From Eledone cirrhosa (Eukaryota): a stretch of DNA of 64,000 bases. The stretch lies in NCBI GenBank assembly GCA_964016885.1, contig OZ024741.1:110546001-110610000 (forward strand). Reading direction: 5' to 3'. The translations under genes and the position numbers were made by a program. Shown here piece by piece: positions 12,901 to 23,980 of the stretch (the stretch's first letter is position 1; each line of letters begins with the position of its first letter). The notes beneath the pieces were generated by a model, which ran no database searches, had not been told where the DNA came from, and saw only the letters and a list, made by a program, of their open reading frames with translations.

Positions 12901-13694
12901 ATAATTATATAGTCACTGTCGGTTATTTGGGAGGTAGTGAGCATCAGTGTCTCATAGAATCTGTCTTTTATAGTGCCGGGCAGTCCGGATTGGGGTGCGT
13001 ACGCAGATATTACTGTCACCGTGGTTCTATTGAGGACAAGTCTTATTTTAATTATTCTGTCGTTCACTCTATTTACGTCTATTATCTTATCTGCCCACTT
13101 TTCTGCTACCATGATTCCTACCCACCCAGCCCATTGTCATTTCCCACCCAGAAAAGCTTATAGCATCGTTTTTTACCCACAATGAATCTAGCAGACCCAC
13201 CCCTCCACCTGGTCTCTTGAATACAACAAACATCGACCTCCTTACGTTCAAGCATTTCTACAACCTCGTTAGAGCGACCCTTTAAGGTGCCTACATTCAT
13301 GGTACCAACTCTGAAGTTTGGGATTGCATTTGGAGGGTGGGAGCGGTGGGGGGGGGTGGGAGATGGGGTCATGTTAGTCATCCGCGGCCGAAACAAAGAG
13401 GAGTGCTCGCATTCTCGTCCGCGAGGTAAATTTGTCTTTATCTTTGGCATTGTCGCTGAGCGTCCAGATTTTTCTCTCTTCAACTCTCCAGAATTCCGTA
13501 GTCCATCCATTCATCATATCGATAGGCAACCAGGTAAGCGATAGTATAGGCCTCTGGCTTATGATTGGTTCACGTAATAATAATGGTGGTGCGTGGGGGC
13601 GGGTGGGAGGGATGTTGAGTTGTTAGCGAGAAGGTGAGGTTTAAATAAGATCCTCGTATTTAACAAGCAATAAAAAAAACAAAAATACAAGATT

Positions 13695-13700
<6 letters not shown>
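9918..13700 (-). mobile_element. RTE-A LINE, near full length (5' UTR, APE, RT, PHD, 3' UTR), several frameshifts
   Basis: Minus-strand ORF pieces 13118-13510 (GTMNV, QETRW), 12597-13112 (YAPQ, GDLNGH, VDYIL), 11576-12631, 10935-11447 (YADD) and 10298-10876. (CAT)n at 9918 and (TA)n at the 5' junction. Confidence 0.95.
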
Positions 13701-13741
<41 letters not shown>

Positions 13742-13753
13742 TACATTTACATA

Positions 13754-13923
13754 CAGTGAAATTCCATTATAAAGAAATTCACGAGGTATAAGAAAAAATT
13801 TGTTGTAACGAAAATTATTTATAACGAGATCGACCTAACACATCAAGCGTGTAGCCGGGGATTGTAAACATTTTGTTATACTGAAAAATTTGTTATAATG
13901 GTATTCGTTGTAACAGAATTTTA

Positions 13924-13927
<4 letters not shown>
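13754..13927. mobile_element. Tc1/mariner-pogo-type MITE (second copy at about 35690-35834)
   Basis: Imperfect terminal inverted repeats CAGTGAAATTC...GAATTTTACCT with TA flanks; internal ttataacga/ttgttata repeats; two copies in the window. Confidence 0.7.
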
Positions 13928-13963
<36 letters not shown>

Positions 13964-13964
13964 G

Positions 13965-14220
13965 TCCAAACCCATGCTAGCGTGGAAGATGGATGTTAAA
14001 CGATGATGATGATGATGATCCTTCAATTATGTCAAAGACATGACAACCTCTCCATGATAAAATGCACTCAGTAGAGTGTGGGAACGTATGTGAGATGCAG
14101 AGCCACAGCCTGACTGGGAGGTCAGCAGCCATGCTTGAGTAATGACTCAGTCCGTGAAAACATGCACAACCCTTGTTAGCTGGGAAAATGGACAGTAAAT
14201 GATGATGATGATGATGATAT
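13965..14220 (+). mobile_element. Two short RTE 3'-tail insertions
   Basis: aacccatgctagcgtggaagatggatgttaaac(gat)n and aacccttgttagctgggaaaatggacagtaaat(gat)n. Confidence 0.7.
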
Positions 14221-14320
14221 ATATATTTCAAAAATGAAAAAAAAATGAAATTTTGAGTAGACTGAAATTCTTAGAAAAAGTAAAATTCTCAAATGCAGAA
14301 AATATCTGTAACCCAGTCTA

Positions 14321-15350
14321 TCTACTATATAAATTGGAAGTGGTCGGACATTGTATATTTAAGTAAGTAGGTGTAGTCGGATAAACATCGATTATGCAGA
14401 ATGACCCGAGGAGGTGTTGGGTCGACTTTCAAGCTACAAGCTTCCATGGTTACGGAGAAAATTGATGAAACAGGAATTTCCCATTCAAATTAAACTGAGA
14501 GTAATCTGTGACCGCAGAAGTAAATATTTCGAGAAACGTTGCAACCAAACGAAAACAGGAAGACGATATTTTGGTTCCTGAAGACGTTCCCTGGCAATGA
14601 ACGGGAAAAAGCGAGGATAATACGCTGTTATGTCGAGCGTGAAGAACAATTTCATGCAAAGACAAGACCAAGTTTATGGTATAAATGGAGTCGTTAGACT
14701 AATATTCTATTTAAAATAACAGAATGATTTCCAGCCCCGGAGTTTAAGAATGATGTAAATAAAATTGAAAACGAAAATGACAGAGGTTATTAAAATAGTA
14801 AAAGTAAATAGTGAAGATTTAGGCCAGTACATACGTATGCCCCGACGGACATACACATACATACACACCCACACACATATGCACACACAGATACACACAC
14901 ACACATGCACGCGCATGTAAACCATATGCATTTCTACAGTATTTTCACCAAACTTAAGACATAGGTTACTTATGTACTTCGGATGGTCATGGACACTTTC
15001 ATTTTTCCAGATATTGATTATAGGGCCTCCCGGCAGATAACCCCCTTTAACCACTTTCATGGAGTCGACTGAAGCACTGCAGTGCAATGCAACAAAACGT
15101 CATAATTTCTGCAGTTCGCAACCGATTTTCAAAAAACTTAACACATGGGCTACGTTTTTCCTACAGATGAATGTGAACTCTCAGACTTGGCACATATTGA
15201 GTAGGGGACCCCTGGGGGCAGGAACCCCCATTTTGGAAAAAGCCGATGATTTTGTAAAAGTATAGTTTTCGAAGCAGCACTGAAGTATTGACATAAATGG
15301 TATACATAACTGCTATTTAATACCCGAGCAACGCCGGGTACCTCTGCTAG
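14321..15350 (+). mobile_element. Non-autonomous Helitron
   Basis: 5' A|TCTACTATATAAA; 3' hairpin TACCCGAGCAACGCCGGGTA followed by CTAG|T; inserted between A and T with no target-site duplication. Confidence 0.85.
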
Positions 15351-15787
15351 TTATTATATATAATCGTATAGAGATAAAATTGTCTCAGAAATAAAAGAAT
15401 TAGCTGTGAAACTCTTGGAAGGTAACTTGTGAACATGTAAACAGTGACAATCCACTCCTGCCATGACTCACACCAAAACTTTGTCCCTCCGTTCAAATCA
15501 TATTCTCCTTCTATTCTCTATTTTTTTCTCAAGGATGGGGTGGAGTTATATATCTAGAATTGTTTAGAGAATATCTTTGACTCACTGCAATAACCTTAAA
15601 TATATTTTATTGCTTTCCTGTAAAAAACTTGTTTGTCAACATTTATTGTTATTAAACTTTTGTGTCTCAATATATAGCACATATATTGACAGTGAATTGG
15701 CAAAGTTTTTAGAACATTGAACAGAATGCTTTACTACATGTTACCAGTAACTCAAGAGTCACTTCTCACAGACACATGCATACATAC

Positions 15788-16349
<562 letters not shown>

Positions 16350-16754
16350 AACATGAAGTGTAAGTCAACAGGTTAAAATTAACTTTGTTTATTTATATTT
16401 GCTGTTATATATATTTTGGTGATAGCCATTATTCAATAGCTATGGCCTCATCAGGCAGCTAGAACTTGAATAGAAAAAACAGAAAAACAATGATGGAACA
16501 AATTTTACCTCTGTTATTTCAATCTTTTGATATGCCCAGTCCCGAAGTATGGTGTTATTTAAAGAACTGGTGCCACAAGTTCTTTGAGAAAACAACACCA
16601 TGCCAGTGTGGAAAAATGGATGTTAAATGATGATGATGAAAAAAGACTATCATTTTAACGGGAATATAAACAAATCTAAACCAAACCCATACTACCTACA
16701 AATCATACAGTCAATCCCACCCACCATATGCTTACTGCATCCCATCTCACTCCA

Positions 16755-17010
16755 CTCTGAGTTCAAAATCAGTCGAGGTTAACTTTGCCTTTCATCCTTT
16801 CAGTGTTGATAAAAATGTACCAGTCCTGTATCAGGGTTAATTCTTCCTCTATATATCTTTCTCATTTCCTCTATATCACTCTTCTTATTTCCTCTGTATC
16901 ACTCTTCTTTCTCTAGAAGAAATCAGCTGTGTTCAGACATGGAGAGAGGATGGGCTCTGCCAGATTTAAAAAAATTCCCAAGTCGCCTCAGCACAACTAC
17001 AACTACATCA
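16755..17010 (+). mobile_element. MetaSINE-like SINE, tail type 2 (related copies at about 32460-32735 -, 35010-35290 -, tail only at 45165-45270 +)
   Basis: ctgagttcaaa...aactttgcctttcatcctt...gataaaa...taccag resembles the Meta domain, followed by ctagaagaaatcagctgtgttcagacatggagagagg. Confidence 0.7.
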
Positions 17011-17110
17011 GAAGTTATGAATCCATAAATACGTATTTATAGCACATATTATTATGGGTGCGAGTGGCAAGATTGACTTTGTTGAACAGGCCTACTCTGA
17101 ACCTGCTTTT

Positions 17111-17326
17111 TTAACCCTTTAGCTTTTAAACCAACAGTATCCAGCCAGAATTCTCTCACCTCTTTCTGTTCAAACCAGCCATAACCAGCTGCTCATATTT
17201 ATGTTAAGGTATTATTCTCAAAATAAATAATATAAAGATCTCGTAGCTTCGATATTATGTGAAATAAAGTGTTTACCATGAAAATACAATAGTAAATGTA
17301 GACTAATATAAATGCTAAAAGTTTAA
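17111..17326. mobile_element. piggyBac-type MITE
   Basis: TTAA-CCCTTTAGC...GCTAAAAGT-TTAA termini; homologous to the elements at 43784 and 44633 in the opposite orientation. Confidence 0.75.
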
Positions 17327-17614
17327 GCTGGAGGAAAGAAACCATGAGAGGGTATTTTCAATACTCATGAAGCAACAGAGTAATTTGAGGCTTTTATGTT
17401 TGGTTTTCCTGGAATTAAATTACCCTAAAATGTAATCTCATCTTACAGGAGCAACTACGCCTAGTTGACATTTGTTTTTATTTTTTTGTATTGTTATCAT
17501 CATTATTTATTATTAAAGCACCAGTAATGCAAGGAGTCGATTTAATCGATTTTCCCTTCTCCTAAAATTGCTGGACTTGTGCCTAAAGTAGAAACAGTTA
17601 TTGTAATTTTTATT

Positions 17615-18540
17615 ATTGACTGGAATGTCTTCAGGCACTCACTACCCTCGACCAGTTGGGCAATGTGATCGGTGGAAACTCAACCTTGGCATTCTATAGA
17701 GAATTAGTGGATGAGAAGAGGGGCGATGTACTTGGGGAAACTCTAGGCGTCGACGAAAATCAACTAGCCAATCTCTTCGGAAGAACTTTCGGGCCGGGGC
17801 CTATGGACAATTTCCAGAAATCCCTGGCCTGGCAGTGCTACCGAGGAGCTTTGCCAGTTCGGGATAAACTCTACAGGCATGGAAGTGCCGTCAGCTGGGC
17901 ATGTCCGAGATGCGTGCAGGGCGACAAAACCGTCCTGCATGCACTCGTCCAGTGTCCGAGCATTGCTGACTTGTGGGTTTATGTCGAACACCTGCTGTTG
18001 CGTGTAGAACGGATCCGGCTATCAGCTGAGTCCATCGTGAGGATTGCCCCGCCCTCTTACTTTAGCCGGGAAGGGCAGGCAGTGTTTATCTGTCTGGTGA
18101 CCATGGCGAAAGAGATAGTATGGTGGACGCATCTGAAAGGGCTGAAGACAAGCACTTACCTCTTCGGTGATGCCCTGATTAACTTTTTCAAATTTCATTT
18201 GAAAAGGAAAATCAGGGTAGAGAGGGAAGTGCTCTCTTCCCAGCATTTTGTTGAAAGATGGGTGAGAGAGGCAAGAATGGCCCGAGTGAATGGGCCTACT
18301 CTGAGTATATGCCTATAAATTGAAGGTGGAAAACTGAGAGGGCCCTGGTGGTCAGGGTCACCATGGCTTTTTTTAATGGGCTTTCTCCACGATGGCCCTT
18401 GGAAGTCTCCCCCTATTGGGGAATTTTTCATTGTTCTTGTTTTGTTACATCCTCTGTTTTTGTTTTTTTATACGCAGAAATGCCCATCTGTACTGTCCTT
18501 AATGTCTACTTTGTGTAAACCCTTGTGGTTAATAAGAAAG
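17615..18540 (+). mobile_element. L1/Tx1-clade LINE 3' fragment (ORF2 C-terminal zf-RVT plus T-rich 3' UTR)
   Basis: ORF 17656-18318 contains W..YRGALP..D.L...CPRC......LHALVQC, the CCHC zinc-knuckle region typical of L1/Tx1 ORF2. Confidence 0.8.
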
Positions 18541-18924
18541 CATTATTAAAGCACCAGTAATGCACTGGGGTCAATTTAATTGACTTTTCCCTCCCAGCAA
18601 AATTATTGACTTTGTGCCTAAATCAGAAACTATTATTATTATTTACTTCAGGATTGATCTTTTTCCTGCTAAGATTTGTATACCTGTAACCTTAAGTAGC
18701 AACATGATTTCAATAAGCCATTAAGTACTCAAAACACTTTTGATGATTTTTTCTTTGTTCTCGAGAGGTAAACCTTCTGTAGAAGTCTACAAGGCATTCC
18801 ACTCCAATCCCCTTTATTCATTCATTTGTCTATTTCATCACTCACAATCACAAGTATACTTATTATTTACAGGCACAATCTTTACAGATTTCATGTTCCA
18901 AATTCTCACAATCTCAGATTTTAA

Positions 18925-19012
18925 TGGCAGACTTGTTAGTGTATCAAACAAACTGCTTTTGGGAATTTTTTCCAGTTCTTTACGTTCCAAGCTTAGTTTT
19001 GCCTTTCATCTA
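18925..19012 (+). mobile_element. MetaSINE-like 5' fragment
   Basis: ggcagacttgttag...tctttacgttc...ttttgcctttcatc. Confidence 0.55.
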
Positions 19013-19135
19013 TCTATATATTAATTTGAACAACGTCATTATTCCGTGTGTCATAATTCTCGATTATCATTGGTTCATAGGTTTCAAACGACTCCGCCCA
19101 CCTCAACGATGCCAAACTTAAATTAATACGCATAA

Positions 19136-19527
19136 TGCACATGGCTTAGTGGTTAGAGCATTGGCCTTGCAATCAAAAGGTTGTGAGTTCAATTCTCAGA
19201 CCGGGTGATGTGTTGTTTCCTTGAGCAAGACACTTTAATTCACATTGCTCCAGTTTACTCAGCTGTAGAAATGAGATGATAGGGACTGGGGTCCCTATCA
19301 TTCCACTGCAAAGTGGTCGTGGAGGTCCCACGGCAAAAAAGCACCCAGCCCACACTGTAAAGTGGACGTGGAGGTACCACGGCAAAAAAGCACCCAGCAC
19401 TCACTGTAAATGAGGTTGGTGTTAGGAAGGGCATCCAGCTGTAGAAATCAAGCCAGAATCAGTTCCCGTCCCACCCTTGCAAGCAGGGAAAAAGCAGACG
19501 TAAAATGAAATGATGAAATGAAATGAA
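19136..19527 (+). mobile_element. SINE-1, variant with two 3' stem-loop units
   Basis: tRNA head and CORE as at 5238; the gtggaggt.ccacggcaaaaaagcacccagc unit is present twice, as in RTE-B. Confidence 0.9.
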
Positions 19528-19782
19528 TGCCAGTGAGGGAGTGAGAGGGGAGAGTAAGAAACAGAGTAGCAAAGTGAACGCTGTAACTATTACCATGTGT
19601 GCGTGTGTACGTACGTGTGCGTGCATGCAGCATTCCAGAGTGTAAAAACTATCAACATGTGTGAGTGTGTGTGTAAGTGTACGGGTGCGTGTGTGTGTAA
19701 GTTTGCGTGCGTGTGCGCGTTTCCATGCGTGTATGTGTGTGTACGTGGGGCGTTCCACAATCGCCACGCAGTTTATCTGTCT

Positions 19783-20477
19783 GTGTGCCTGTCTGTCAGT
19801 CTAACATACACAGAGTTGTGAAGGGAGTAAATAGGGACCTTTTTTTTACATTGACGGACATCTTTTATATTTATTATTGTGTCATTTTTTGACAATTGCT
19901 CGAAATAAAAGCAATTCGACTTTATCAAACAGTGAACTACAGCGGCGACGGCGTGCAGCCAGGAATGAAGTAAAATGGGCCGAACAGCGCCATCGGAATG
20001 CCGAACTTCAATGGCGATGACGTGCCGCCATGAATGAAGAGGAACTAGCTGAACAACGCCAACGAAACACTGGAGCAAAGCAGCGACAGCGTGCTGCGAT
20101 GGTTGAAGACGAACTGGTTGAACATCATCTTTTATATTAATTATCTATATCTATATCTACAGATAATATAAAAGATTGGAACTTTTTGAGAAACGTGGAA
20201 CCACCACGTCTATGCAACGATACACGTTTTACAGTCAGGCAGAAGATGAACCATCTCCTAGAGGTCACTATTCTAGGTGGGAGCACCTAGAATTGTTCAT
20301 ATACTATGCACAAACGGTACAACAAAGAATCTGGTATATCTGGAAGATTTTTTTTACTGTTTTTTGTATCACACAGACACCACGGACTTGCCTCATACTA
20401 TAACCAGACAAACATCCAATACAGTCATTTTCTCTTTTACTTGGATTTACCCGGGCGAAGCTGCGTACGTCAGCTAG
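19783..20477 (+). mobile_element. Helitron relic(s) with STPR-like coding repeats
   Basis: GTCT-rich leader; 23-aa periodic E/Q/R-rich reading frame at 19934-20128; 3' TACCCGGGCGAAGCTGCGTA...CTAG|T. Confidence 0.65.
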
Positions 20478-21358
20478 TATATATAAAACTGAGGATGTCT
20501 ATCTGTGTGTGTGTGTGTGAGTTCGAATCCCTAAAACTTGAGAACCACCTAACCGACTGTTTTCAAACTTTACACATGTAATACTTATGGTCCTGTGAGT
20601 GTTTTGAGAAAAATAATTTTAAATTTTCAATGCCCTAGGGACTGCATTATTCGATTTAGCGATCTCTCTCTATAATTCTTAGTCTTTCTCATTTTAGATA
20701 GATACATATTTATAACATCACGCCTTTATAATATCTGTCTGTCTGCATTACGTCACTTCCCTGAGGATATATGTGTGTGTGTGTGTGTGTGTGAGTTTGA
20801 ATCCCTAAAACTCGAAGTACCCAACCGATTTTTTTTTCAAACTTTACATGTGTATTACTTATGTTTCAGGTAGTGTTATCTCCTAGGGCCCGCATTAGGT
20901 GAAAAACTGTGTTTTTTAACATTTATAGGGTTTTTTGAAGCGTTACGTCAGACCGATTTCCTTGAAATTGTAATTATGTATTAGTCAGTCTCTTCTTCAT
21001 ACCGTAAGCAAAGAAAATCCAACTTTCTTATGGCCTAGGGCCCGCATTAGGTGAAAAATTTCATTTTTTCAGCTTCTTAGGGCTTTTTGGAGGCGTTATG
21101 TCTAGCCAATTTTCCCGAAATTTCAAAGCATATTATGCACATAAAAAATTCATTTTCTTGATCCCCTAAGGCCCGCATTAGGTGAAAACATGCATTTTTC
21201 CTGCTTCATCGAGGAACATCTTAGATTATCCAGCCATCAGAGTATTCGGTTTATTTTCTTTATATATTGTCCAGGCATGCAGTTTTTCCACGATTAGGTC
21301 TGTTGGCGGCCCGCGTTCCAAAATACCTATCCCGTGCAACGCCGGGTACCACAGCAAT
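20478..21358 (+). mobile_element. Non-autonomous Helitron with internal repeats
   Basis: TATATAAAA plus GTCT/GT leader; ctagggcccgcattaggtgaaaa repeated at about 20883, 21035 and 21165; 3' hairpin CCCGTGCAACGCCGGGTA. The terminal CTAG has degenerated. Confidence 0.7.
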
Positions 21359-22334
21359 AAAATAAAGTACCAGTGATGTACTGAGGTTGATTTAATCGTC
21401 TTTCCCCTTTCCTTCAAATTGCTGGCCTTGTGCCAAAAGTAGAAACAATTATTATTATTAGTAGTAATAGTTGTGTAGATGTGGTAGTGGTGGTTGTAGT
21501 AGTAGTCATAATGTCTTCTTTGTATTACATTTCAGACACCCCTCCTCCTCCACCACCCTGCCACTCAATTTTGTATAACGCTATCTTGTTCATCTCTACA
21601 TGTTTTTCTGTACATCCTCTCCTATATTTTACTATTTATCCTCTCCTATATTTTACTATTTCTTACATGGAATGAACCTCTGTCAGTTTCAACGATGACT
21701 GTTCTAGTTGTTCAATCAATGGTATATCCTGCTCATGAAATTAATGTGCAAGTGGTTGTGCATGTTTACTAATAATGTAATTCAGGCTTTCGGCTTCCAA
21801 ACGTGTGTGTGTGTGTTCTCTCTCTTTCTCTTAATTTTGAGTTTATTTTTGACTGGCCACCTTCCCAGTGGTAAGGTTGTAAAGAAAAAGAAAGTGTCAT
21901 CGTCTCTTATGTAAGCTTTCATCCTTTAATTGTAAAAATATTTTACAGATTTTGAAGGTTCCAGATATTGCAGCCATTTGTAGCTTATGAATTAAATTCT
22001 TTCTCCACAAATCCAAGTTCAGTTATACTTTGGTCCTGGTGGGTTGCATATATGTATGCATGTATATATTCGTGTGGGTGTATTCATATATGCATGCATG
22101 TGTGTATGTCAGTGTCTCTTTATATTTGTATATGTTTGAGTAAGAAGAATGAGAGGTTTGACAAAATGAAGTATATAAAATAAATACCAGACCTGAAAAA
22201 AATTAGTATTCACACTGTTATGAATGATTTGAAGTAGATGCCCCAGCATGGCCCCTGTCTAATGACTGAAACAAATGCAATGGACCTCCATTGCTTTCAG
22301 TGATGGCAGCACAACAGCCTGATCATGAAACTGT

Positions 22335-22506
22335 AATTAATTGAGCATTTCACAGACATGTGTACACCTAACTAATTCTTGGGGAGATTCAACATGACTT
22401 AGCATTCCACAGATGTGTACACTAAACATATTTCTGAAGGAGATTCATCATGACTGAGCATTCCAAAGACATGTTTACTAAATGTAGTGCTCAGGGAGAT
22501 TCAGCC
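22335..22506 (-). repeat. Three tandem copies (about 55 bp) of a SINE tail segment
   Basis: gagcatt.cacagac.tgtgtac...ggagattca three times; reverse complement of the 36950-36999 segment. Confidence 0.65.
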
Positions 22507-23212
22507 TCACACACTATGTAGTGAAAACAACTTCCCTAGTGCCGGTGCTACAATAAAATACATCCGACACACTCTGCAGTGTGTGGACATGTCCTTAGTG
22601 CTGGTGCCATCACAAAATGCACCCAGCGCACTCAGTGTAGTGTGGAACTGTATGTGAGATGCAGGCCCAAACCCCCAGTCCATCTGAGAGGTCAGTAGCT
22701 CCAATTAAGAACTTAGTTGGTGTGTGATGACCTGTCTAAACTTTGTTAGCAAGGAAAACAAAGATGGTGATGATGATATTATTGAACATACTACTAAGTC
22801 CTTCTCAGTTGATGGGGAAGAGAACCTCTTACAAAATAGCATCAGTACTACTATTACTACTACTACTATTATTACTAGTACTGATGTCGATAGTGGTGGC
22901 AGTGCTGCTGGTATTGGTTGTCGTCATGGTATGTAGCAACTAAGAAGGAAGTATGTGCTGGGGTGGGAAGTAGGAGTTAAGTAAGAAGACCTGTACAGTG
23001 GAAAACACAATAAACAACAGACATCTTCCTGAATTTTACTGAAATTTGGCAGCCTGCCTGGACCAACATGTTCTCCATGTGTGTATGTGTGTTTTGATAG
23101 CTACTCACACAAGTTCCTCTTCATATTCTTACATGTGTGCATGTTTCACTCATATAATATATATATATATCATCATCATCGTTTAACGTCCATCTTCCAC
23201 GCTAGCATGGGA

Positions 23213-23245
<33 letters not shown>

Positions 23246-23595
23246 GTGTGGGTATATATATATATAATGTGTGTATGTATATACATATGTGCATATACGT
23301 TTATGTGCATGTGCGTATATATATGTGTGTGTGTGTGTATATATATGTGTGTGGGTGTATATGTGTGTGTGTATATGTGTATGTATATATGTATGTGTGT
23401 GTGTGTATATACATATATATAGATAACACATGTTGATATTAGAATGTGTCTGCGCGTGTGTTCATGTGTGTTCATATATCCATGCATCAAGCCCATAATG
23501 GAACACCCACGGTTAAAAAAGATGATTGAGATAATGACTGTGCACAAACACACACCCGCAAATACCTATACTTTAGTAGGTATCGTGCTCATGCA

Positions 23596-23630
<35 letters not shown>

Positions 23631-23637
23631 TCACACA

Positions 23638-23680
<43 letters not shown>

Positions 23681-23699
23681 GGTAGGTATGCATCCATGC

Positions 23700-23928
23700 A
23701 AAAGATAAACAGTAAAAACAAAGGAAGCAACACAATACAATGAAGAAATATATTAGTTTAACGCATGGTAGAGTAGGAAAAGAGTCATGTTTTGAACACT
23801 AGTCCTTCATCAGAAGATAGAATGAGAAATAAAAGATGAAATAGAAAGATAGAGGAGAGTGAGAAGGAGGAACAGAAAAACATTTTTTTTAGTAAAAGCA
23901 CGAGTTTAATCAGTCAGCGATTTTGAAG

Positions 23929-23935
<7 letters not shown>
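23700..23935 (-). mobile_element. Fragment homologous to 37385-37530, with a degenerate hammerhead motif
   Basis: Shares aacacaat...gaa.aaatatattag.ttaacgc...ctagtccttcatcagaaga; minus strand reads CTGATGA AGGAC TAGT GTTC AAAA. Confidence 0.55.
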
Positions 23936-23973
<38 letters not shown>

Positions 23974-23980
23974 AATAATA

